10,936 bases of DNA. It comes from a candidate division FCPU426 bacterium. Its GTDB lineage: Bacteria > Oederibacteriota > JAAXVQ01 > JAUVAV01. The stretch spans positions 1 to 10,936 of the forward strand of contig DAOWGI010000061.1 in the NCBI GenBank assembly GCA_030637655.1, read 5' to 3'. Under the pieces are notes generated by a model that had not been told where the DNA came from, did no database searches, and saw nothing but the letters and a program-made list of their open reading frames with translations. The translations under genes and the position numbers were made by a program. Positions 1 through 7,184 of this stretch are shown in pieces (within the stretch, counting starts at the first letter, position 1; each line of letters starts with the position of its first letter).

Positions 1-108
1 AAAGGCACTAAGGCCACAAAGGTTCACTAAGCAGCATAATGATTAATAATTAAGGTCTATCTTAGGCTTTCCTTTGTGTATCTTAGTGTCCTTTGTGCCT
101 TTGTGGTG
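1..108. repeat. Imperfect inverted repeat built from tandem CAC(A/T)AAG-type units; left arm truncated by the window edge
   Basis: Left arm 1-31 reads AAAGGCAC TAAGGCCAC AAAGGTTCAC TAAG. The reverse complement of 71-108 reads CACCAC AAAGGCAC AAAGGACAC TAAGATACAC AAAGG. Both arms show the same 8/9/10-nt unit series around an AT-rich spacer. Confidence 0.7.
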
Positions 109-232
109 GATCTTTTTCTTTAAGTCTTTATAGTTCAATAATAAATGATAAAATGTTGCACTTGTGATTACAATTCACCGATAAATTGACGCGCTCCCTT
201 TGGTCGCTCACAAAGACGGCAAATCGGATTAA

Positions 233-1240
233 TTATTTTATTAAAATAATTTTTTTTCTGATTTGATTTGAGCTGGTATGCAATTGGATGAAATAAAGCC
301 CAGCCGGGCAAATCCTGTCGGCTTCATCCCGGCCATTCCAGCTGACAATCCGCCGGCTGCCCGCAGTTTGCGGTTGATTAAATAAGGTTTTAACCGGCTC
401 GCCCAAAACATTGTAAACTTTTATGCCGATTGTCTGATTACTTCTCAAAATATAATTAATTATAACCACTTCTGCTTGCCCCGGCCGAAATGCATTGTGA
501 CTTAAATATAAAACATCACTGCCGGGATAATTGCCGGCCGTGATTTGCATAGTCTGGGTCAAGGTAACTGTCAAATTAACAGGAGTGGGAGTGGTGGTAG
601 GAGTATTAGTCGCGGTGAAGGTAGGAGTGGCGGTCAGGGTAATCGTAGGCGTATACGTCGGCGTCGGGGTCATGCCTGCCAGGGTTGCATAGATGCACAT
701 GCGTCTGTCCCATTGGTATACAGGTGGGGGGAAATCAGGGCTGGGAAAATAACCAAAGGTCCAATCAACACCGCGGGAACGATTCAGATTAGAATCACCT
801 AAATAGACCTGTAACCAAACACCGTCACTGTTGGTCTGCATAGCCAGCCAGTAGATATTCCCGCTGTCCACCCGGACATAAGGAATATTAAAACTATTCC
901 ACCCAGGGGTTAAAGCCTGGGAAGAACTCTCGGCCAGCAAAGCGCCCGGCAAATCCGTGTTGCCGGCAGCATAAATCGCTACGCGTGCCTCAGCTATGGC
1001 CGGGTTTGAAATATACATCCGGATCTGGTTGATCCAGCCGGTATCACCACAAACAAACTGGGTAGCTCTAACTCGGCCCAGCATTTCATATATATATGTG
1101 CTCCCGGTTCCGGTTTCACCAAAAGTCGCCGCCCTAACCGGCATTGCCGAAAAAAGGGAAATTAAATACAAACCCAGGCAACACTTGTTGAACAAACTTT
1201 TCAGAACAGTATTGCACGCCTTGGCGCTGGCTTCTGACAT
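233..1240 (-). CDS. Secreted protein: signal peptide, beta-rich N-terminal domain, Thr/Pro linker, C-terminal FlgD-Ig/T9SS-like sorting domain
   Basis: Signal peptide ends ...LISLFSAMPVRA. Linker is TPTPTYTPTITLTATPT. CTD reads NAFRP...IKVYNVLGEPVKTL...VSWNGRDE...PAGLYFIQ...RKKIILIK. ATG at 1240 is preferred over 1273 because AAAAGGA lies just upstream of it and no SD precedes 1273. Confidence 0.85.
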   Translation of the reverse strand: MSEASAKACNTVLKSLFNKCCLGLYLISLFSAMPVRAATFGETGTGSTYIYEMLGRVRATQFVCGDTGWINQIRMYISNPAIAEARVAIYAAGNTDLPGALLAESSSQALTPGWNSFNIPYVRVDSGNIYWLAMQTNSDGVWLQVYLGDSNLNRSRGVDWTFGYFPSPDFPPPVYQWDRRMCIYATLAGMTPTPTYTPTITLTATPTFTATNTPTTTPTPVNLTVTLTQTMQITAGNYPGSDVLYLSHNAFRPGQAEVVIINYILRSNQTIGIKVYNVLGEPVKTLFNQPQTAGSRRIVSWNGRDEADRICPAGLYFIQLHTSSNQIRKKIILIK

Positions 1241-1321
1241 TTTAATCCTTTTTTGAGATAAGAAAGTTATCATAATTTAAGCATAACTGCCGCACTTCCG
1301 GTGAAACGTATACGTTAGTCA

Positions 1322-3505
1322 TTATTTTGGTTCAGGAAAAGAAATCAATACCTCAACCCGGCGGTTTTTTCGCCGGTCTTGATCTCTCCGGCCTTTGGAA
1401 TACGGCACATGGTAACCATAGCCCTTAATCGTAAAGATTTTTTCATCCAGCCCTTCATCTTCCACCAGATACCGCTTAACTGCCATTGCCCGGCTGCGCG
1501 AAAGCTTTTTATTATATTTATCTCCGCCGCGCTCGTCAGTATGGCCTTTGATCAAAACCCGGGTATTATTATATTGCCGGATAATCATGGCCGCCGCCTT
1601 TAATTTCCTGAACATTGCTTGCTTAATAAAATATTTATTATAGCTAAAATATATTTGTCCTACTTCAAGTTTGGTCTCAGTTTGGTTGGTGGATTTATCA
1701 TGCACGCTGACAATATTAAAAGGAATCTGCTGTTCCCAGGAAATTCCGTGTTGGTCACGGATATACAAATGGGCGTGATAACGGGTCACTGGTTTGGCCG
1801 GCAGGTCCGGCTTTTCCGGTGTCCATTCCAATTGACCGGGTGGTTGGCCGCTCCCTTGATAGGTTTTAAGCTTCACATTCCGCTTCGTATCCCGGACATC
1901 CAATTTCCAGGAGTGTAATTGAGCCTCTGGGTTTTCAAATTTCAGGGGCATGGGAATTCCCAGCAATAAGTCATCCAAGGCAATCAAAGGTCCGGTCTTT
2001 ACTGTGACCACCGGAGCTGAGATCACTTGTTTTTCACCCTGCTTTCCGATAACGGTAAGTTTATAATTAGTAATATTAGCCGGCAAGATAATATCCTGTG
2101 GTTCTTTTACAATTTGACTAAACTCTTTAACAATTTTACCGTCGTTGGTAGTAAACTCCAATTTATAAGCGCGCGGCTGAAAATTAATTTGGACCTGCTG
2201 GAAAGAAAACGCCAATAGGGTTTCAATTGCTTTGCCGGGAGCTGACGGCAAGGGCCGGAGTTTGGGCGCTAATACTGTCTGTTGAGAAAGCAACCGCCCC
2301 TTAACTTCAGCTGTCCGGAATACCTCATCCTCGATCCAGCAAGAATATTGATTGCCCTCCTCAGCAGTAATCGCATGGCCCCTGGTATTTTTCATATCCC
2401 AGACCAATTTCTGCGGCGGCTCATTGGTGCCTTGCCACAGTTTTAATAATTGCTGCTTGGCATTGTATATTTTTAACCGCCATTTTCTAATCGGGCCGGC
2501 AGCTTTGGTTTGAATATCAAATTGCTGCTCAAACCGGTCTTTTTCATTCTTTCTGCCAAAAACGCGTACCTGAACTTGCGGTCTGCCTTGGTTTTCAAAA
2601 AAAGAGTATTTTAAACCAGCCATATGGACCATACCTAATTCCGGTAAAGTCATCATAGTGTAATCCAAATGAAAGGGTGAGAAAGAAACCCCCAGACCTG
2701 TGCTCCATTTGCCGATCATATCCGGTTGAATATGATATCCTCCCCGGAGAATAACCTGCCGGAATAATTCGATCTCACTGCCAATTGCCCCCCGCGCTTT
2801 CATATCCTGATCAAAAGATACTGCAGCAGTTAAGCGGGGACGAATAGCGCCGGACAATGGGATTTGATACATCACTGCAGAATGAAATGTGGTAGGCAAA
2901 GGATCTGCTTGTTCTTCCAAAGGAGTGGCCAGACCAAGGTTTAACCAGGATGCCTGCACCTGAAAACAGGGCCAAGGCGGCCGGTATACTAATCCCAAAT
3001 CCATAGCACCACCCAGGCTGGATGCCCCCATCCACTGACTAAAAACAAACTTAGTGGAAACGCCAATATCCAAGAAAGAATTCAAGCGCAGACCGCCGGC
3101 CAGCCAAACAGCGCCTTCGCGGCCTTCACCCCTTGGCATACTGGAATCAGCAGTGCTGTTAAAAGGAGGCACTGATAAAAGAGTGGCCCCAATTCCAAAA
3201 TTCCCCTGCCAGGGTGCGGTTAACATTAGTCCGACCTGGTCCATAGCAATGCTGTCCAGCCAGAAAAAATGCGAGGCAAAAATCTGGCCGGCACCGTTGA
3301 CAGCTAAACCGGCAGGATTCCAGTAAAGTGATTCCGCGTCACCGGTCGCAGGATTAGGTCCGCCCAGTACTGCGGAACGCGCGCCAAATCCGGAACGCAA
3401 AGAGATGTGACCCGCCGGATCTGCGCTGTTTATTGATTCCAATCCCAAGCACAGCAAAAAAACAACCAGACTAATTATCCCGAATTTTTTTAAGCTATTA
3501 TTCAT
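1322..3505 (-). CDS. PorV/PorQ-family outer-membrane beta-barrel fused to Ig-like (FlgD-like) domains and a C-terminal OmpA peptidoglycan-binding domain
   Basis: Signal peptide, then the PorV-family motifs GARSAVLGG and D-x-x-SLYWNPAGLA. Alternating beta-strands end at GLKYSF (about aa 302). The OmpA domain has IYFSYNK...IKGHTDERG...YNKKLSRSRAMAVKRYL...GYG...NRRVEV. Confidence 0.88.
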   Translation of the reverse strand: MNNSLKKFGIISLVVFLLCLGLESINSADPAGHISLRSGFGARSAVLGGPNPATGDAESLYWNPAGLAVNGAGQIFASHFFWLDSIAMDQVGLMLTAPWQGNFGIGATLLSVPPFNSTADSSMPRGEGREGAVWLAGGLRLNSFLDIGVSTKFVFSQWMGASSLGGAMDLGLVYRPPWPCFQVQASWLNLGLATPLEEQADPLPTTFHSAVMYQIPLSGAIRPRLTAAVSFDQDMKARGAIGSEIELFRQVILRGGYHIQPDMIGKWSTGLGVSFSPFHLDYTMMTLPELGMVHMAGLKYSFFENQGRPQVQVRVFGRKNEKDRFEQQFDIQTKAAGPIRKWRLKIYNAKQQLLKLWQGTNEPPQKLVWDMKNTRGHAITAEEGNQYSCWIEDEVFRTAEVKGRLLSQQTVLAPKLRPLPSAPGKAIETLLAFSFQQVQINFQPRAYKLEFTTNDGKIVKEFSQIVKEPQDIILPANITNYKLTVIGKQGEKQVISAPVVTVKTGPLIALDDLLLGIPMPLKFENPEAQLHSWKLDVRDTKRNVKLKTYQGSGQPPGQLEWTPEKPDLPAKPVTRYHAHLYIRDQHGISWEQQIPFNIVSVHDKSTNQTETKLEVGQIYFSYNKYFIKQAMFRKLKAAAMIIRQYNNTRVLIKGHTDERGGDKYNKKLSRSRAMAVKRYLVEDEGLDEKIFTIKGYGYHVPYSKGRRDQDRRKNRRVEVLISFPEPK

Positions 3506-3687
3506 TTTAATAAAATCACCTTTTTTCGTTCTGTGTAATTAGGGGTTATTATTTGAATATAATACAATCCAGCCGGTGCCAGCTCCCCTGCTTTATTTGT
3601 CCCATCCCAATAGATATCAGTCCACCGGCCGCAGGCGCGAAAATCATTTAAAAACCTATTTACCGGCGCACCCAGAAGCTTGTGAAC
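3502..3687 (-). pseudogene. Remnant of a CTD-bearing secreted protein gene (61 codons, FlgD-Ig/T9SS-like tail only)
   Basis: Frame reads VHKLLGAPVNRFLNDFRACGRWTDIYWDGTNKAGELAPAGLYYIQIITPNYTERKKVILLK*. It aligns without gaps to the last 61 aa of the 233..1240 protein (24/61 identical by hand count). Its TGA overlaps the ATG of the PorV-like gene (ATGA). An in-frame TGA lies upstream at 3688-3690 and there is no in-frame ATG, GTG or TTG start near its 5' end. Confidence 0.8.
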
Positions 3688-3948
3688 TCATTCTCTTGGT
3701 TGGCAACCTTGTGCTTTTTTACATTATCACAAATTATACTATTCATAGTTATAGCATCGTCATTTTTTCCCTAATATTAAAGGTGTTTATGACAAGCCTG
3801 GCATCCATGTAAAAAAACTATGGGATTTTCCAATCAATGCGCGCCACTGCATGTTTGGCACTTTGGGCGGGACATAACCGCTAACATTAATGACTTCTTT
3901 CGACAACACCACCTCAGGCTTATGTTAATTAGTAAGCTCTCCCTCTAT

Positions 3949-3977
3949 CACTGATATGTTACCTTCAGTGTTTTTTT
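3949..3977 (+). terminator. Putative intrinsic terminator
   Basis: CACTGA-N10-TCAGTG hairpin followed by TTTTTTT. Confidence 0.45.
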
Positions 3978-3982
3978 GATTA

Positions 3983-4011
3983 TAGACTGCGATTTCCTTT
4001 TCAGGTATAAT
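3983..4011 (+). promoter_or_regulatory. Sigma70-type promoter for the peptidase gene
   Basis: TAGACT (3983-3988), a 17-nt spacer, then TATAAT (4006-4011), about 80 nt upstream of the likely GTG start. Confidence 0.6.
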
Positions 4012-4093
4012 TCTTGCTAAACTAGTTTATCGCCACAAACAGTTAATTGCCGTAAAGTTGCGTACAATATATAAAAAAGAAGGGGGAATAAAA

Positions 4094-5011
4094 GTGTATA
4101 TTTTTTGTAACAAAGTAAAGGTCTCAAAACTAAACCAGGCCACCGGCACTGGTTGGATACCGCCCAGACCGGACTTGCGCGACTTTACAGAAACCAAACT
4201 CGAAATCGCCGGCTTGGCTGAAAAGATGGGGATTTCTTCGGCCGCTGCTACAAAGAAATTACCTGGCAAAGTGGATTTGCGCTCCTGGTTCTCAGCGGTT
4301 GAAACTCAAGGCCAAATCGGCGCTTGTACGGCCCATGCCGCAGTTGGCATCGTGGAATATTTTGAAAAGCGGGCGTTTGGAAAATATATCGACGGCTCCC
4401 GTCTTTTCGTATATAAAACCACACGGAATTTGATGGGCGTTTCAGGAGATACCGGAGCGTGGTTGCGCAATACCATGGGCGCTCTGGTCCTTTGTGGCGT
4501 ACCGCCGGAAAAATACTGGCCCTATACGGATATTGAAGCCGAATTTGACCGGGAGCCCCCGGCTTTTGTTTATTCCATCGCGGATAAATATGAGGCCCTT
4601 CATTATTTCTGTCACAACCAGCCGGGCCGGAATACTCCTTCTGCCAATGTTCTGGCATCTGTAAAAAAATATTTAGCTGCCGGAATTCCTTCCATGTTTG
4701 GTTTCCACGGTTTTTCTTCTTTCGAGCAATCGGATGTCAAAGGCGGGATCCCCTATCCAACTGATAATGAACAGGCAGAATGGGGACATGCGATCGTCGC
4801 AGCAGGTTATGACGACAGCCTTAAGCTTAGAAATCTGGCGAACCAAAAAGAGACTACCGGAGCTTTGCTGATTCGCAACTCCTGGGGATCCGAATGGGGA
4901 GATCAGGGCTATGGCTGGTTGCCCTATGATTATATTTCAAACAACTTGGCTCAGGATTTCTGGTCGTTGCTCAGCATGGAATGGGTGGACACCAAACAGT
5001 TTGGATTGTAA
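4094..5011 (+). CDS. Papain-family (peptidase C1A-like) cysteine protease
   Basis: LPGKVDLR; QGQIGACTAH (oxyanion Gln and catalytic Cys); GHAIVAAGY (His); IRNSWG-x-x-WG-x-x-GYG (Asn). GTG at 4094 follows the SD-like AGGGGGA at 4081-4087; the ORF track starts at TTG 4058. Confidence 0.95.
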   Translation: MYIFCNKVKVSKLNQATGTGWIPPRPDLRDFTETKLEIAGLAEKMGISSAAATKKLPGKVDLRSWFSAVETQGQIGACTAHAAVGIVEYFEKRAFGKYIDGSRLFVYKTTRNLMGVSGDTGAWLRNTMGALVLCGVPPEKYWPYTDIEAEFDREPPAFVYSIADKYEALHYFCHNQPGRNTPSANVLASVKKYLAAGIPSMFGFHGFSSFEQSDVKGGIPYPTDNEQAEWGHAIVAAGYDDSLKLRNLANQKETTGALLIRNSWGSEWGDQGYGWLPYDYISNNLAQDFWSLLSMEWVDTKQFGL

Positions 5012-5034
5012 TCCGGAGAATTAAGGAGATAGTA

Positions 5035-5103
5035 ATCCCGGCGTATAAAGGGACGGGGGCGAGAGTCGGGAACCTCTCGATTCACACCGCTCCTGCCCGG
5101 GAT
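5035..5103. other. GC-rich multi-stem structure between convergent genes, possibly a terminator or REP-like remnant
   Basis: Possible pairings: ATCCCGG (5035-41) with CCGGGAT (5097-5103); CGGGGGCG (5054-61) with CGCTCCTG (5088-95); CGAGAG (5060-65) with CTCTCG (5074-79). Confidence 0.4.
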
Positions 5104-5115
5104 CTGCGTTGACAA

Positions 5116-5667
5116 TCATTTTTCAAAAGTAGCCACGAAATAAACTTTTTTCGCAGCTTCATCGTAAAGCTCATAAGTCATGCTGATTTGATAACCCTTT
5201 TGCCTGGCATACTTCATAAGGGCAGGATAACCTTTCATGGGCCCCAGCATGTAGGACAGGGAATTACGCACTGGAAACACAACCACCATACTGGGTCTTT
5301 TTTCCAAGGTTTTGACTTGATACTTTTCTTTCAGTTCCTCTATCCGGTCAAGGTCTTTATCCTCCAGCACTACACCGCACTCACTGCGCAGTTTGTCCGC
5401 CGGCACTGTTCGCGGATCATCATAATAAATGCCCAGTCCCAAACGGGTCTGTATGCCCTCAGCTTGCAATTGCTTATAAACCTTGTCAAATAGAGGGCCG
5501 GTCTCCTTATACGGACCCAGGTGGGAATCATACACCAGGGAATAGGGGCCCATTTCCTTTTCCACCACCTGCAAAGATCCGAGCATACCCATATACCCCA
5601 TAAAAATTATGCTTCCCAAAATACCGCTCAGCACGACACCACCACAGATAAATACGATTGTTTTCAT
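5116..5667 (-). CDS. N-terminally membrane-anchored GyrI-like small-molecule-binding domain protein
   Basis: N-terminal hydrophobic helix, then H-x-GPY-x-x-x-G-x-x-F, GIYYDDP-x-x-VP-x-x-x-LRS-x-x-G and a C-terminal YELY, as in GyrI-like domains. The second ATG (5667) is 9 nt from AAGGAG, whereas the first ATG (5676) abuts the SD. Confidence 0.85.
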   Translation of the reverse strand: MKTIVFICGGVVLSGILGSIIFMGYMGMLGSLQVVEKEMGPYSLVYDSHLGPYKETGPLFDKVYKQLQAEGIQTRLGLGIYYDDPRTVPADKLRSECGVVLEDKDLDRIEELKEKYQVKTLEKRPSMVVVFPVRNSLSYMLGPMKGYPALMKYARQKGYQISMTYELYDEAAKKVYFVATFEK

Positions 5668-5841
5668 TTTTTTCATCTCCTTTTGTGCCTGGGGTCGGAG
5701 TTAGCTTAAGTTCTTTCTCTTCAGTATAGTTTTCTCCCCTTTTTTATGCTTTTGTCAACGATAATTTTGACGTAATATGTCAGTGAAGTGCTGTGTTTTG
5801 TCAAATAACCCGGAAACATATGGTCTGCTGACTCTGTTCAC

Positions 5842-6672
5842 TTAGTGGAACATGGCTTGGTCAATTGTAAAGCGGAAAAATTCACGGTACCGATCAGTAC
5901 CGTACTGCCAGCCGCCGCGCAGTTGCGAAGGTATTGTATAACCGCCGAACTCCCTCTCCTCCTCTATGACCACACCAAATGGGACGAACTGTTTGAGGTC
6001 GTCTTTCCAGCGCAGCAGAACTACCTCCTTCAATCGCCCTTCCTCGTCAATGGTCAGAGTAAGCGCGGCGGACAGCTCATCTATGGTAAGCGTGACTTTG
6101 GCGTGAAGGCTATCCACCTCCTGCCAGACTGCGCCATATTGTGGAAGAAATGCGGTGGGCAGCCAGACCGACTCTCCGAGAAAACGTCCTGCTGCTGATT
6201 TGACAATATCCGGATTCGATGCGTTCACCACCGGCAGCAATCCAAGCAGGGCGACTCGTATGCGACCTTTTCCGTCGGTATAGTAATCCGTCACGCGCAT
6301 AAAAACAGGACCAACAGCTTTTGCCTTTGCTTTCCAGATAAAGCCACGCCCCGGTGTGAGTATCTGGGTCGCCTGAAGCGGCATCCAGGTTGCATCTTCT
6401 TTTGGTTTGAGCATCCCCGACATCTTCAGCTCTACCCGACGCGCCAACGGTGTGCCGGGCTGGATGGCATGCAACAAGTAGCGTTGCGCCACAGCCGGCA
6501 GACCACCGACCATTTCGGGGGAGAAAACTTTCTCCGGCTCTCCCGAAACCTGAAGCGAACTCCAGATTCGGTTCATTCGAGAGTTATCAACAATACGCAG
6601 TACCCCGAGTAGCGCAATTGTCAGAAATAGAATTCCGACTAAAACTATAAGAACAATTCCAATAATTTTCAC
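5842..6672 (-). CDS. DUF6544-like membrane-anchored protein
   Basis: N-terminal TM helix; LPAVAQRYL-x-x-AI-x-x-G; GFIW-x-A; D-x-Y-x-x-GKG; RFLGE-x-VWLPT; F-x-GYTIP-x-x-x-x-x-GW. GTG start with AGGAAGGA upstream. Confidence 0.8.
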   Translation of the reverse strand: MKIIGIVLIVLVGILFLTIALLGVLRIVDNSRMNRIWSSLQVSGEPEKVFSPEMVGGLPAVAQRYLLHAIQPGTPLARRVELKMSGMLKPKEDATWMPLQATQILTPGRGFIWKAKAKAVGPVFMRVTDYYTDGKGRIRVALLGLLPVVNASNPDIVKSAAGRFLGESVWLPTAFLPQYGAVWQEVDSLHAKVTLTIDELSAALTLTIDEEGRLKEVVLLRWKDDLKQFVPFGVVIEEEREFGGYTIPSQLRGGWQYGTDRYREFFRFTIDQAMFH

Positions 6673-6767
6673 ATTAACATTCCTTCCTATATTAGTTAGT
6701 TCCTGTTGCGAAAAGGTCTAATCAACTCCTATCACGATGTATAATAATACCCGGGGTCAGAGTTCCT

Positions 6768-7069
6768 GTTGACTCATAGAAATGTTACCGAAGAAAACTC
6801 AAAAAGAATAAAAACCCAAACGGGAATTATAAAAGATATTACCTGAAGGTTTGTAAAAAAACCAGAGCAAATTGGAAGAATCCGCAACCTGAAAAGATGT
6901 CATCCCCGACAAAAACATCCCCCAACCGGATGCATTATTGAAGAATTGGGATTTCCTTCGGTCACGGGGATGACAAAAAAAGAAACATTCGGTAACATCC
7001 TTTATGAGTCAACGAATGCCATCAGGCTATGGGCTTTTCAGCCTTCGGTAATATTTAACATGAGTCAAT
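6768..7069. mobile_element. Putative MITE-like non-autonomous element with repeated 26-27 bp inverted end motifs
   Basis: Motif TTGACTCAT-N4-5-AT(G/A)TTACCGAA at 6768-6793 (+), 6988-7013 (-) and 7043-7069 (-), plus a degenerate copy at 6821-6848 (+). No convincing coding capacity and no clear target-site duplication. Confidence 0.5.
6898..6975. repeat. REP-like palindromic element nested in the MITE-like element
   Basis: Perfect 11-bp inverted repeat: TGTCATCCCCG (6898-6908) and CGGGGATGACA (6965-6975). Confidence 0.65.
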
Positions 7070-7184
7070 TCGCAATCTTTATTATTCCCTGTCTTGGTAT
7101 AGGTTTTTCTGCCTTTTTATTCATTTTTTTAATTTTTTCTATATTGCGCTCGCTTGCTTACTAACCAACGTCCCGGATTCCGGA

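Noticed and set aside
545-3326. Short ORFs 545-802, 996-1256, 1379-1603, 1619-1918, 2027-2218, 2811-3035 and 3054-3326
   Set aside because: They are antisense or alternate-frame shadows of well-supported genes and have no recognisable motifs.
3688-3690. TGA recoding (alternative genetic code) extending the CTD remnant
   Set aside because: TGA serves as a normal stop for the GyrI-like gene, and the upstream frame soon meets TAA and TAG stops.
3576-3812. 78-aa plus-strand ORF
   Set aside because: It lies antisense to the CTD remnant, which has much stronger homology evidence, and has no recognisable motifs.
5050-5090. Group II intron domain VI-like hairpin
   Set aside because: There is no preceding domain V consensus and no reverse transcriptase remnant.
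5107-5760. 9-bp inverted repeat CGTTGACAA/TTGTCAACG flanking the GyrI-like gene
   Set aside because: It is too short to exceed chance and has no target-site duplication.
4027-6650. ORFs 4027-4269, 4248-4658, 5188-5493, 5521-5709, 5845-6198 and 6450-6650
   Set aside because: They are opposite-strand shadows of the peptidase, GyrI-like and DUF6544-like genes.
6768-7069. CRISPR array or sigma70 promoter reading of the TTGACTCAT repeats
   Set aside because: The copies are in opposing orientations with no regular repeat-spacer series, and no -10 box follows TTGACT at about 17 nt in the copy checked (6769).
6946-7164. 72-aa hydrophobic ORF
   Set aside because: It runs through the repeat elements, its hydrophobicity comes from T-rich intergenic sequence, and it has a TTG start without a clear SD. 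It is not fully excluded.
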